From contig NW_002060955.1 of NCBI RefSeq assembly GCF_000150275.1, positions 1,470,287-1,534,286 on the forward strand: a DNA stretch of 64,000 nt, read 5' to 3'. Shown here in pieces: positions 12,101 to 26,690 of this stretch. The stretch's first letter is position 1. Each line of letters starts with the position of its first letter. The notes beneath the pieces were generated by a model that was given only the letters and a program-made list of their open reading frames with translations, did no database searches and was not told where the DNA came from. The translations under genes were made by a program, and so were the position numbers. Source of the DNA: Trichoplax adhaerens (lineage: Eukaryota > Animalia > Placozoa).

Positions 12101-14993
12101 ATTTCTAGTTTATAATTATTTATGATCTGGTGAATTATCGTTTGTAAATTAGATATTGAAGACTATACCGCAGATAAAATTGTGCAGGCAAGTACATACT
12201 AGTATATTAGTGGTATTTCTGCAACATAACAGACGTAAATCGAATGCAACAATATGCACTAGCGTCTTAATCATTCTAGAAACGTAATCATGTTAAAGAT
12301 TGTTGCCAACTTAGCAGATTGTATACTTCTTTCTTGCACAGGATGTCATTGATACCATGGATTCATTGGTAAAACTAGAACAGAATAAATACTTATACGC
12401 CTTATAAGCATGAAATAAAATAATAATTTATCGTCGACGCTGAAATTTTTGCTTAGTAATTTAATTGATTCAAGTTAGAAATTCTTTCGATCTTGATCTA
12501 GCATAATTTATTAAAATTATATACAGTTTATACACAAAGCGATATTAATTGGCCACGACTTAGGCAGTATCATTGCTTGGTTTTGTGCTTTACATTTTCC
12601 AGATCGTGTTGAGTAAGTTGGCCGCTGAACTATTTTACTAACTTCGTTATTAAAGTTAGACTTATAGATTGTTTATTAATTATAAATGGATTATATTAGA
12701 GCCGTAGGCAGTCTAAACGTACCATATAAACCTCAACATCGATATAAGAACTTTCTACAACATATCAAAAAAAATCCGAGACAATTCGATTATCAGTTTT
12801 ACTATCAGCAAGAGGTAATATTTTTTAATAAATGCTTTTAGAAAGAAAAACACAAGTAATTTGTATTATTTAGATCGATACAATAGTACGAGTGATTTCC
12901 ATGTGAAGGAAATAATTAAAGCAATGACCAGTATTTGTCGAATATTTGATTCAAAAAAATCGCATGAGAATAATTCTACTAGGCTGGTATCATGTTTAAT
13001 CTATCAATAGCACTCTTGTGAATAGATAAGAATCTAAATTTTTTGTATTGAAAATATTATCCAACGTATTACATGCGTTTTAGCACAAATTTTTAGTTTA
13101 TGTACTTAATGATTGTGTAGGGTAAAGCAGAAGCTGAACTTGAGAAAGATTATAAACGCACATTTAACGTTTATTTAGGAGATTATGGTCCGATTGTAAG
13201 TTCAAATTGGCCCATTAAGTGTATTGTATTACATTTTTCGTAGCTATGATTGGACGCAAAATATTGACTCAAATTTAACTTAAACATATTTATGTGTAAC
13301 AATCTAGAGCTGGTTAAAAGATAAAGTAGATTTTAGTACTGTTCGGAAGAGAGGTGCGTTCTATGGATGGTTTTAATGCGAGCTTGAAAAGTAGAACATT
13401 TTGCTTAGGAAATACTACTAACTTTAATATAATTTTAAAAAAGAGTACAGTAGTCATTGCAATTAAAATTTTATTTTTTTAAGAGTAATTTAGTTCGACG
13501 TAGATATTTCCATTTCACTATTTTAGCCATAAATGAGATATAAATTAACACAAATGATCTTAACATCAAATAATCGTTATTGCATACCGTATATATTCTA
13601 TTCCAGTTTTTAACTACCATATTTTGCTACAATAATGGGATTCAGTGATTTTTATTAAAAAAATTGTGTTGAAGTTAATTTCTATGCTAAATAGGATGTC
13701 TTTACTTTACTTCTCTCTTTTCTTTTTTAGAAATAATATTTTTATACTCTATTAGGCGGCATACTAGTAGGCTTACCAGAGGAACTACCAGATACGCCCT
13801 TCTTAACCGAAGAAGAAATGCAAGAGTACATTAAGACTTTTAAGCAAACTGGATTTAGGTAATACTGGAATAAAGCGATAGTACATCTATACCAGGAATG
13901 TTTTTAAGGCTTGCAGTATAGTCTTCTACATTAAAATGGTAAATAACTAAAATTTGGAATCCCGGAGATAGCGTTTAAGTTAAGGCTGAGCTATTGTAAA
14001 ACTGGACATTGAAATTCAATATTAGTAGGCAAAATTCCAGTCATGTAATTTATAAGATTGCTTAAAATATTAATCTGTTCATACGCGGACTCTTTGAAAG
14101 CCGAAAGATATACTTAAAATGATATACGAATATACCATATTAAAGTCAACAAAGAATACCTTTTAATGATACACTGCTAATATGGATATCTTAACGTAGA
14201 CCTGGATTAAATTACTATCGCACCTATCCAAAAACTTGGAAGTGGAATCTTAAATTTATTGGTAGACAGGTAAATTTTATATTTCCTTATACATGATATT
14301 TCAATCAATTGGCTTACAATATTCAGTAATTTTGATAGGTATTGGATGTTTGAGTTCTTACGTTAATTTTGGTAGTTTCAGCGATTAATCGTTACCGTTT
14401 CATTTCGTATAACCTGTCGCTGATAAAATTTCGCCATTTCCTAGCCTTACTAAGTATACTGTTGAAATAAGGCATGATGATCAGGCGTGAATGCACTTGG
14501 TGTTCTATCTCTAGGTTTCTCAGCCGGCGTTAATAGTCGTCGCAGAATACGATAATATATTTCGACAGGGACTTGTTAAAAATATGGAGAAATATGTACC
14601 TAATTTAACCACGTATAGCTTAGATTGCGGCCACTGCATTCAGTTTGAAAGGTACTTTTAATATCGATTAAGATAAAGAGGTTATTTACAAGCTGAAATA
14701 AAAATATTTTAAATTTTAATAAATGTCCTCTCAATATCAATTTCCATCCTACGATCTTCCTTTTTGCGAAGATATTTAATTGAATTTATAAATCGTAATA
14801 ATGCGCTGGTACATTTGCCCTTTGATAATACAACTTACTATACAATAATTGTACTTTCAGACCTGGGGAGCTCAACGAAATACTAAGAAAATGGCTGGAG
14901 AAAGTCTGTCCTAGTCCTTCTATTTCCTTAGGGCAAGTTTTTTCTCAGTCCAGTATTCAAGGCAATTTATCTAGTCTATTCCGTCGTTTCTAG
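9140..14993 (+). CDS. EPHX2: Soluble epoxide hydrolase 2 homolog (HAD-like N-domain plus alpha/beta epoxide hydrolase), 19 exons, 578 aa
   Basis: Exons 9140-9150, 9267-9362, 10258-10342, 10447-10606, 10711-10901, 11057-11179, 11282-11350, 11501-11596, 11900-11978, 12153-12187, 12342-12368, 12527-12612, 12700-12814, 13121-13195, 13308-13353, 13756-13858, 14200-14269, 14515-14651, 14861-14993 join in phase into a 1737-nt stop-free ORF. Motifs LCHGFPHYWYSWRYQ, ALDLRGFGQSS, IGHDLG, FDYQ, GKAEAELE, LNYYR, AEYD, DCGH. AATAAA at 15213. The 11-nt first exon is the least certain. Confidence 0.93.
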
Positions 14994-17480
14994 CACAATT
15001 TTTTAACATAATAACTGAAACCTGGTACGATATCTAATGATATAAAAACACTTACAGTAAATATTAGAAGATTTACCAAATATTTTCAAATATTTTTAAA
15101 GCCTGGTTATTGCTTAATTAGTAGAAAGGTTTTAATTCAGAGAATTAAAATGATTATACACTAACTTGCACTCTGTAAACTTTGGAATGTACATGATGCA
15201 AGCTTAGGCATGAATAAAAGATTATAACCTACATATTATTTACAATTAATAATATGTTAATAACAAACAATTCCTATTATTAAACAAGGTAGTCAATACG
15301 ACATCAATCTAACGGTATTTATAAACATCCAGGCTGAGATCGATAGAAAGCCTGTATTGACATTATTCAATTTCACGAATAAATACAGCAGTTGCTGAAT
15401 ACGCGTGTGGTCTGTAAATTAGGAAGTAATTTAATAAGGAATCTAGCATTAAATGCTGTTAAACAGTCCACTATCACAATAGAAATAAATGACATCAGTC
15501 CAAATTTAGCATCTAATGCATCGCATAATCTTTGTATATATATATTTGACTTTATATTTATAGTGAATCATGATTATTAAATATTGACGAAAGCAAATGA
15601 ATGAGAAATTGATTTCTTCAGTATCTAGTCCTTAATAACACAATTCTAGATAAATAATTATAGAAGTAGGAGATGTGAATATTAGTAATTTATCACCGTA
15701 GTTATCAGAATGCTTGCATGGATAAAAATCTGTTATGAGACGAATAAGAAAATATGGTGTAAAAACAGAAACACCTGGAATATGGATAGGATTAGGCAGA
15801 GAATATATAAATAGGTATCTGGAATCATTCTGCCATAGTGTCAAAAATAATATTTTCGGTTACTTTACTTAGCCCGTATATTAATATGTATCGACTTAGA
15901 TAATATGCTTACGAGTGATTGTTGATAATGATTAAAAAAAAAACCAACTGTGAGAATTGTAGGGAAAGATTAAGTCTGCAATTATCAAATGTGCATCCAT
16001 CTTAATGCTCTGTCGTGACTAATACCCTAATATGACGAATGATGCAAATATCATATCAATTTAGGCCTGATTCATTATTATTCTCTTGACAAGATTGATC
16101 AGTGATAGGTAAAACTTTGAGAGACTCTTCGTAGCGTCCGGTTTTATAAAGAGATTTCAATTCTTCAATTTTCGTCCCAGCTTAAGAGTCTAATCAGTTT
16201 AAAGACAAATTCAACTTCATTTCGATGAAGTTTATAACAATCTTATTTCCGCTCTTAGATAAATAGGAATTCTAATTTGTTTTCTTGTACATACCAGGGT
16301 CTTAAATTTCGTTTTAGATGCTTTAATTGGAAAAAATAGAACTAAAACTAAGATGCAAATACAGTAGTTTATACCGACATCTAGCATATGAACTGATTAT
16401 TTTAAATATGCACAACGGACAGTAGCACTAACGATACGTTGAAACTAAAGACGGTGTCTACTTAATAGTGTCAAGTTAGAGATTTGCTCCATTTTGATAA
16501 CTTAAATTTTGAGTTAGTGATCGTGAACTCAAATGGTTTAGAACCCACTCACCACACTGGCACTGTCGATATCAAATCATGCTTAGAGTACAGTCCAGAT
16601 TCAGGCTTAGAGTGTGCTGTAAGTTGCTACAACATTTTCATGTGATAACATCATTAAAGGAATCGGATTTTCACTGTAATTACTTAATAGGATATCTGCT
16701 AGGTTTATAAGCATATGTATTGAGTAAATCGAGGGTTTCTTCTTGTTGCTAGTTTATTGCAGATACAGCTACTGTTTGTTTTTCCTTGTAATAAAATTGA
16801 ACATGGTTATATAAATCTCGATAGTCTGATTTATATTGGAGCCTTAGAATTAGCTTACTATACGCTATTTAAGCCAAAGCAGCCGAACGAGAATTCAGAA
16901 CGAATATACATGTACTGTTTATATTCACAATGCTAATTTGCTGAATCTCTTGAGGTACGATGACTATAGTACGCACGATGACTAAAATTTATGCTATTTT
17001 GGAAGATAGGTAAATTGATTTATTATAGGGTCTATAAAATAGATACAACCAGACTCCAAATAGGTATGCGAAAAGAAAAGGCAATAGTAAAATTAATACA
17101 AGTAAATATTTGATTGCTTTTAACAAATCAAGTCTAGTTTGCTTTCCTCTTTCATCTCATAGAGGCTGTACAAATGCACACTCCACTCGATAATTAATAT
17201 ACAAATTAGCTGAAAATTACTTTATGACAGATGATAGTCTTAATACAGAGTGTAAAGAGTATTAAATTTGCTTACGTTTTTTGCTTTATATTTAAAGAAA
17301 TAGAATTTAATCGATTTTAAGTAGTCGTTAAATAAAGCACAATATCGACTACATGTACGAATACAGTTCCGTTCTTAATAGGATTAATAGTTATAATCAA
17401 TTTCTCAATCTATGATACCGTACTTACTATTCGAAAGACAAGCATTACACTGAAAAATATGCCATTACGCAACAATATTT

Positions 17481-17737
17481 TCATGTTTTAGTGGGCTTAA
17501 TAGCCAAAGCAATATCGTTCCTATCTATTCGTCGTAAAGCTGCTTGAAGCTGATCAACATGTACATTTGGATAATTTTTTTTATGCCACTTCTTGAGAAA
17601 TTTCATCGCTTGGTCAAAAATCCCACTCTCTTCATCCTTAATACTATCAACATCGATGGATTGATCCAAAGTTGCAGCCAATTTTGTCCAATCCAAACCA
17701 ATTGTATTTGCAATTTGGAAAAAGTGCTCCTTTGGAT
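17481..17737 (-). CDS. Terminal exon of a death-domain protein (upstream exons not resolved)
   Basis: Acceptor AG at 17739-17738, then (D)PKEHFFQIANTIGLDWTKLAATLDQSIDVDSIKDEESGIFDQAMKFLKKWHKK...DQLQAALRRIDRNDIA, matching the death-domain pattern IG.DW..LA..L / EQA..ML..W / L..AL..I.R.DI. Confidence 0.8.
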
Positions 17738-19453
17738 CTATAACGTTACATTAATATCGCAGATGAATTAAAATGCAAACAATAAAACAAGATATACTCT
17801 TAAATGAAACTTATAACCGATATTAAATGATAGCTTGTAAATGCTCGACTTTGCCATATTGATCGAATGCGAAATATAAAATAAAACAAACTTGAACTGC
17901 ATATGTATCGTGTATGTAAAAGTAGCCGGAGTGCACAAGTAGAATCTAATGAATCGCGTACAGGATATCAATTTGTTTTCATCTACAGCAAAATACTAAC
18001 ATAACCACTACTCGATCTATATTTTGTACGCGGTTTAGTAGCACCTACCGTAAATATTGCATGTTCGGTAGTCGTATTTAATTAATAAAAACTGCATGCA
18101 TAAGCAACAACTTATACTACCACTGCATAATATAATTGCAATGCTAATTCATTTATTTCGACATTATTATTTCAAAATATAATCAATTTTCGTTTGTTGA
18201 TTCAAGCATTTTAGAAAGTAATCAAAACATAATGATGTAGCTGTTATATCTTTACTATGTTACTAACATATTAATTGATGGAAATAACATTGATTTAGAT
18301 ACTTCGTTTTGCACGTTATATGTATTCGTATAACTACTTGTTTTCTGTTTAAGATCGTTCAATTCTAGTGGCTGGAAAGCTGTCAAGTCTTATATTGGTA
18401 AGAATGATTGATGTTTCTCAATAAAAAGAAATAATAAAGTTTCCTTACAAATGAGGGCTTCAATTTAAAAATGATCTATTATCTTGGTGGTTGGCAAAGT
18501 TTTCTTCATGTAATGCTACTTCCAAGCTCATTCTGTTTGAATATTAAGTGTTGTCAAGCTGAAAAAAAATAAAATTCTATATTTATATATTATTGTCTTT
18601 GTCAGTGATGATGTACGATGACCAGAATTTGCAGTATTGATATGATCCATCTAATGATGATATTGAACAAATCTAGAGTAGAAAATGATAATGAAGGCAT
18701 TTCCCTTGCTGATACTGTACATGTTTGTTACGATGCGTAAGCTCGTCCTAATTATTCCATCATTAATATCAATATTATAATACTTGATTAATTCCCAGCA
18801 ATCACAAGAAGTAATTCGTCAACATTAATTTTATCACTACATTCTTGACTTATAGTTGGAATACAGCGAACCGATACTGGTAGTTAAATTGCTCTAGAGA
18901 TGCGAACAAATTGCTAAGGTACTAAGTAAGGTACCAAATTACAGTTTGAGTTAAAATTAAAATCATATATTTATGATACATTTAGCTTATCTAAAGGACT
19001 TTACTTCAAATGTTTTCTTTCTTTTAAAAGCGGTACATTAGTAAGAATGCAAATGTTACTATGAAGAATCATGCAAAACTCGTAATTGTGAACTTCAGGC
19101 ATAATAAGAACCCACTGTAGAGATTTCGCTAGATTTGTGAACATTTTAAAGTAAGAATTTTACTAACTACTTTCTTTGAAATATAATTCCGCCAAAATTA
19201 ATAATACAATGTAAACTATGAGTATATGATAAATGACGCGTAAGATTAATTTTCATAATTCTACCTCGTTAATGATTTCACCTTTAAAAATCTTTTCACG
19301 ATTAATTACCATCCCCCTACCTAGGTGTGATTAAAAGAATTTACTAAAGAAAGACTGATAATCTGGAAAATCAAATGGAATATTCTCATAATGCAGCTCA
19401 CTTCCCTTAGATTCATATCTGCACACTGATTTGGCTACCGAACTATTAGCAGT

Positions 19454-20381
19454 ATGGACGACTATACATATCAGTCAAATAAGGCAACAAATGGCAGTGT
19501 TTTAATATTTTAGAACCTGCTTCTAGAATATTGCAACAGTTAGACTGTAACGGCTATTGTAGCTTCATATCTACCGGGCATCGGATTGGTTGCTAATTTA
19601 GTGTTATTACATATTTTTGTAACTTATACTTACTTTCATAAATAGACCTATTATTTGATGCTGATGGCCGTTACATCTAACATTATATCAAATAGTGTTG
19701 CTATCATTTGCTACCTGATAGCACCTGCAAATGCTGTCCCGTCAACGAATATCTCAGTATTTTGTAGACTTTTCGAATTCTAACTATTTACTATGCGTCG
19801 TGTAAATTATGAATTAAGCTTTAATTAGTATTGATCGTTATTTCATAATTGTTAAGGTTTATCGCTCAAGTCTTAGGCTGTATAAAAGAAGTTAATTGCC
19901 ATTTGCGAAGTGTTTATTTGGCTGGCTTCGTTTCTAGCAGTATCGCCAGAATAGGGTCACATTACGTATTCAGATGAGTTTAACCCATTTTGTGATTATT
20001 CTGAATTCAATACATCAGTTTCAGTTTATAACAATTTCCTAACGATTATTTGCTAGGTAATACCGTCGCGCTAGCTTTTATTTCTTTCCTGGCGAATCAT
20101 CTTTCATCAAAGAAATTATGTTAAATCTAAGCTAATTTATCAGTTAGACAACAACATCAATTTTTTAACAAATCAATCCGAGCTTTAGTTTCATTTCTAT
20201 CTGCTATATTCTAGTGACGCTTTTATTTCTCACCACCATGGTCATTTTGTAAGTATTGCAGAAATTATTAGCTCAACTATTTAATCCTACGCAAATTTAC
20301 TTTATGGCATCAGTATTAGAAATATATTTAATAGACTTTATGGCTATTATTAATCCGTTCATATTTTTGTATTTTGATATC
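19454..20381 (+). pseudogene. Heavily degraded class A GPCR pseudogene (cluster member 2)
   Basis: ATG 19454, NGS sequon, GIGLVANLVLLHIFV, FHK*TYYLMLMAVTSN, ISIDRYFIIVK, FCDY, WRIIFHQRNYVK, IINPFIFLYFD; many TAG/TAA stops and frameshifts; homology ends at a TIR-like sequence at 20382. Confidence 0.85.
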
Positions 20382-20413
20382 TATATGAACGTAACCGTAT
20401 GCGAAGTCGGTCA
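20382..20413 (+). repeat. Dispersed DNA-transposon-like terminus TATATGAACGTRACCGTATRC (also 6894-6922 and 42147-42186)
   Basis: Three similar 20-32-bp copies, each starting at TA; the 42147 copy is closed by its own inverted repeat. Confidence 0.65.
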
Positions 20414-21662
20414 TTTTGCAAACTGCCCTATATACGCCATACTAACGATCAGTTTTTAGAGGGCTGAAGATATTCAAATGTTGCTCTATGACCAGTTTGA
20501 AATTAACCATCAAAACAGCAGCGACCAGTTACAGAATCATACACTAAGTTTAAGTTAGCTTCCTCATTCCTAACACTTATATCCCTTGGAAGATTTCTGA
20601 TAAGCAAAGTGAAAAATGTTTAATTTTCATTGTTTCTGCACTGTGAGTGTAGATCAATGCAATCATTCATTAACCAATTTGAAAAAATTAAACACTTGCA
20701 ATAAATGACCAAATCTTGAATATTGCATCAAATCGTAAAATAATTGGATATAATGTTATTCTACTATCCTGGATCGTTTCTGAGAAATAATATATAAATG
20801 AACTTGAACACTTCATTATTATTGTTATGCAGGTGAAAATCGATTTCTGCTTGAATTATTAGAGGAAAAAGTTTTATTTGCCTAGGTAAAGAAAAGATGG
20901 AACGCCGAACGCTAACATAATAAATTTGATTATTAATTCAATTTGGTATAATCATTTTACATTGCTATATTTCAGCTTTCCGTTCTCAGTTCTGATTGGC
21001 AGCTGAAAACGCATACATCATAAAATTATAATTCTAAATAATAATGATGCGTTATTATCGTACTCATCAGTATCAGCATAGCTAAATACAACGTAAACGG
21101 TTACTACAACCGAATGACTCAAACTTTCTATAGACAGAAGCGATTCGGTTACTTATTAATCAGTACTTCAGCAATTTGTATCCTATTATTATAACATTTG
21201 ATGCTTTAAATAGAGCTCCAGAAGAAGTTCATAATCATCATTATAATCTGTCCTAAGTGTAAATTTATTGGCTGCTAAAAAATATATTCCAAATCCGCCC
21301 ACATATGATAGTAGCTAACGCATTTCTTCGCGGAAGAATTTGATATAGAAGGCAATTTGGGAGAAATTCCAGTTAATTCAGTAACAATAAGTTGCTAATA
21401 GTTATTATAGTAACTACTTCGAAAAAAGAAGGCAGATATCAGATAATTTGATAACAAGACTATTAATTCAATTAACTTTCCTTCTGATTTATTTATGATG
21501 GCTTAAAAATATTTATGAGAAAGTTTATCGCTTGCTTATTTTAAAATTAATAGCACTATGCAGTAAATCAATAGCACATGTTTCGTATTATTTCCTGCTA
21601 TTGCATATTAGTATACATATTTCGATTATCGTATTGGTTAATAAATTGACTGACTTAACTCA

Positions 21663-22232
21663 TGTGACGGAGCTCGCTCCGAAATGAATAATATTTTGAT
21701 CTAATATGTGTAACAATATTATTATGGAGGTTGCCGATCTCGGCAACAACCTAGTTGTTACTTGAGTTTTGTTATTAATTATCCTAGTAATATACAGCGT
21801 GGATATGGTGTTAGCAATTAAAATGTCAAGCTGTAAAGATTATTATGTTAGTTAATAAGGTGCTAATTAATAATATTAGTTTGTGACAAGTGATAAGTAA
21901 CACTCGAGCAAGTCGAATCTATAGTAAGCCTGTATGGATCTGTATTGCACATTCTATAATTTAATGTGAAAGATTAGTACCGATCTTATTTGTGTAACAT
22001 ATGAAACTGTATATAAGCTTGATCATTACTTTTTCATCTCAGTTCTACTGAGGCTAACGTAGGGTACACTGGCAATAAAGATCTTTATTAACCTAAACCT
22101 ATCGTTTTGACTTGATTACTATAGTATAGGAATAAGTTAGTTTTCCCTTACTGAGGATCTCCGGAGTTAGTCGGAGAACCATAAGAGTAGATAGACTAGT
22201 TTAGGTACATTCACGAAAGTTGTTTTGTGACA
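21663..22232 (+). mobile_element. Solo LTR (570 bp)
   Basis: TGTGACG...TGTGACA termini; TSD ACTCA (21658-21662 / 22233-22237); TATATAA ~22010; AATAAA ~22074. Confidence 0.9.
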
Positions 22233-23260
22233 ACTCATTGCCGGTCTATCGCTTAATAAGCTATGATAGCCATCAGATTTCAGTAATAAGTCATGGGTTG
22301 ACTTATCGAAAGTTAGATAATCTAATTGATTAGTTAGCTAATTTTCTTTGATTATACAGTTATATTAAGAATAATTCACTATATTCTATAATTAAAGGTG
22401 AACAATAAATTAATTAAATCTAATAATTTGAATCTGTTGATAAAAAATCTCAAATCACTTTTTCCATCAGAATGATAGTCGTAATGCTTTTACCTTGCGA
22501 TCACATAAATATAGAATTCACTAAAATGGTGATCGTGATTATCTTATAACAAATATTTAATGCTCAAAATTAATGTTTCAAAGATAAATTTCGTTAAGTG
22601 AAATAACTTATATTGGATAAGATATTGAGCTTTTCTTCAGTCTAATCCTTAAAGTGTAAAACAGTAGACTTGTGACATAGCCTATAAGATATTGCCTGGC
22701 AATGCGGTTGACGTTAAAATTTTAGGAGTATTCAAGGCGAAAAATATTTAAATTATACTAAAAATAACCGAACAATTAGTACAATTAAAAACAATATATT
22801 AATTAAAATTACTTCTTTAAGATAATAAAATCACAGTCCAAGAAATGAATCCTAACTTTTCGGATACGACGCCTCTTTTGTTTCTAATCAGCATTAACTA
22901 AGAATAACAACTGAAAATGACCATAGAAAGTATCAAGAGACATTAACTCCTAATGTGGCTGCTAAAAACCGAGATATTTTCTAGCACAGTTATCAATTGC
23001 TTGCGATAGTGCTCATATAGGCAGAAGAGCCCTACTTGTTATTACGACTATTATAAATATGCAATAATAAGACTTAATTTTATTTTTAGAAAAACATCAT
23101 TATTGTCCGCTCGGTATTAAATGAACTAGTACAATAGCAAAAACTTTTAATCACGTAGGTCAGCCTTACGGTTGCTATTAATTGATTTTTTATACATCTG
23201 TTCATGCCTGTAGAGTAGTGTTTTCTTTAATTAATTATCTAATAGGCTTAGTAAATTCAT

Positions 23261-23370
23261 TATATAGGTTACGGCCAATGTCCGAAGTTGGCCAGTACGC
23301 GTATCGCCCGGCCAAAGTCCAGCATATCCTAGACTGGCCGAATATCGGGTTTTGGCCGGAATGATATATA
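23261..23370. mobile_element. MITE-like GC-rich fold-back element (~110 bp) in TA context
   Basis: Imperfect ~30-bp inverted termini (ggttacggccaatgtccgaagttggccagt / actggccgaatatcgggttttggccggaatga), flanked by TATATA on both sides. Confidence 0.6.
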
Positions 23371-26300
23371 TCAAAAAAAAAGTAATTAATTCATATTGCA
23401 GCAATAGAACAATCTGGTGATATACATTCCATTAGTAATAAACGTGAAACAGAATGTGTTACCTTAGTATTAAAACTCTGTAAAGATATCGACCAAGCAA
23501 TAAAATCTAAAATGTTTATTACTTAAATTAATATCTATATCAATATTTCCACTTCTGTTATTTTTAATTATATGACAACATACTTTAGAGAATTAATAAA
23601 TACTATTGCTCCCTGCATTTTTATGGTAGCTTCCTACTCTTTCGCAATATATATAAGTTATGCAACAATGTAACGGTTGTAAAATTCAAGTTCGTTAATC
23701 AATCTGATCAGCACAATGTTAACTTTTCAAGATAAAATCACTAAGGCTCGCAACTTACTTTTATAGATAAATTCTTAATCGTAGTGCTTTTTTGTAGTAC
23801 TAAAATTTTTTTAGGAATGCTGAATATCTTATTACGATATTATTTGAACTACTGGATGCATAACGACATTTAATTAAATTTTTATCATTAACTTCACAAT
23901 CTTTGAGTAAAATAGCGTGATAAATTCATGAAATTTGCTAATGTTAGAGGATACTAAATAGGAAGAGCAGTAAATTATAACAAAAACATTTCTTCTTGGA
24001 AGAAATTTTAAATTTAGTGATTTGACTTGTGATTGTATCCTTATGATACGGAAAGGAGCTCCTTTGGCTCCAACATGTTAAATATTACTGTTAGATTTCT
24101 AAGCTGATCTACTATAAACGTACAAAGTGAATTCTTAATATGTCTGGTGAAAGAATGATTGAGTTATTTCATACGAGTTGATTTAAGTATTTCGGTAACT
24201 AGTAATGCTATCAGAAAATGATTAGGGAGAATTACGCTACTAAATTATGTGTAAATGTTGTTTAATATACTATGTGTGGAGATAATAGATAGTAGAGGTC
24301 TATATTCTCATAGGATATGATTTTTGATCTATACAGTAAACTATTTTATCTCGTCGAGAACTTAAAACTGTATTCCGTTCCCAAAATTCCACGATATATT
24401 ATCATTCGCGCTAAACTTGCTATTACTATTGTTATCGAGTAACTTTTGCATACCTATCGTAACATACTTTTCATATGAAAATTTATCTAAGAGTGTGCTG
24501 ATATTAAATTATCTATAAAGTTTTACATATTTTAAATGGATAACTGCATACTTGTATAATATTATCTATATACTTACAATTGATATGTATGTTGATTTAC
24601 TATGACTTGACTAACTAGCTATTCAACAAAGTTTGGGTTCAGTTTCGTCTAAAAAAAGACTAGTGGTCTTACTGTTCCTCTTGATGACTTCCCATCGTTA
24701 GGATTTAAAGTCGCACTTTAGGTAGATGCCAGGGAGAATAAACCTAGCAATAGGCTCGTAGTTTACAGTTTCTGTAATGGGTCAAATTTTTCCGGTGAAA
24801 AATTAGATTTTTAGCAATCATATAACTTTTAAGAAGACCTATTTCGGTTAATAGATTTCAAAGGTTTGAATCAGGTTTTATAATGGAAAGAATTTATAGG
24901 CATGAATTCTTTAGTAAATGTTTTCAATTGCAATTATCCAATTTTTTATTTTAACTAAGCGATATTCTATTTAGCGAAAAATGTAGTAATTCTGCAAACT
25001 TAATAAAATAATCGAAAAAGGGGTGGAAAAAAATTTTTTAACTCTTTATAAAGTGTATGAGAAATGAAATATTAAACGAAATCTTAAACTGATCCTGGAT
25101 TTATGATGATAATTTCCTGTTGGTGTGGTCAGGTTTGTTCTTTTACTTACTGTGAATCAGCTTAAATTCCTATTCTGATTTATATTTAATAATATTATAC
25201 TGCACTTCATTTAGAAAACTTAAAAAATCATGATTTATTACTAAAAATCAACTGGAAGCTGATATTTCTGAACAGAAGGACTATGATAGAGCACTTAATA
25301 ATCGGATGGAAATTCAATTTAGCAGCATAATGCTATCGGTAGCAGTTATTCGAATAGATTATGATACTAGTATATACGGTGCTTTATACCTAAAATACGC
25401 CGCATTTATCCTCCAACTGAAGTATAATTGATTTTAGTTACGATAAGTGTGATTGAAGTGTCTTCTCAAAATAATAAAAAAAAACTACCGTTTCTAGTAA
25501 ACTTCACTTAATTACATAATATCGGCTCGTCTTACAACTCCCAAGGATTATCCAGCTATAATCAGGCTGCCTTTGGACTATCTAAATTATTGCAGATGTA
25601 ATCGCAATTTATATAAGTTATGGTCAAAACTCGAATTTGGTAAATCCTAAGAGTGAGCAAACGTCGCTAAAATTGAGCAACACAAATTATTTCTTGTAAA
25701 GCAAGTCACAAGATCAGATCTAAATTTACTATCGCGCTATCTATTCATAATTTGCTCATCTAATTAGAGCATCGCAATACAAATCTCACAATATCAACAT
25801 ACTTAGAGCAGACTATATAAATCTGGGAATCTTAGCATAAAAATCTGAATAGAATTGCAATTGCTGTACGTACTGTAATAATCTTCTAAAAATAGGTAAT
25901 GTGATAATTCTACAACCAAATATAAAAGTTTAATGATCTTCGTTGCTATCTTGCAATCGTAACGTTATGCTAATTTGGGGCTGTATTACTTCAAGATAGC
26001 GGAACATACAGCAATTTCGCAAAAATAAAAGGAGATTAAAACGTTAAAAAACAAGCAATTACTGAATCATAATAAATAAGAGGAAGAACTTAGATATCGT
26101 CAGTTACCAATAATAATGAATATGAGAATTTAATTTTCATTCATAGTCAATTGAACGAATATGGGATTTATTAAGGCTATTTACAACATTTTTCTTTTAT
26201 CTTTACGAATGATTTAAAATGATAGAAAAGATGCAATAAAGGGTAATAAAATTTTTGCTAAATTATTATAATTTTTACATAATATCAATACCTGATTGGT

Positions 26301-26690
26301 AGATTAATGCAATGAGCTAATCATAAATATCAGTTATTGTTGGATATATTGTTACTGTCTACAGATCAGTACAACTTCAGATAACTGCTAATTAATTTTA
26401 TTTTTTATTCTTTTCCCATTGTTAAGGTAATAAATTAATAGTACAGCAACTATTTATTGCTATATACTTGAATATTCGCGGTATGCTCGTAAATTTTATG
26501 ACCTTTTCCCTGTAGTGTCGCTCGTTTCACATTTCTACCATTGTCGTAAGTACCTTTAATTTACTTATAATATTATTATTAATCTGCATATCGACGCTAA
26601 TATGATCCGAACTAAGATAATGTTCGACTAGCGATAAAGCAATTCTCTGGTGAAAATTTTTGTCTTTCGTTTTGGCTGATAATAGCAGTA

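Noticed and set aside
15632-15844. 70-aa minus-strand ORF and neighbouring short ORFs
   Set aside because: No motif or convincing splice model.
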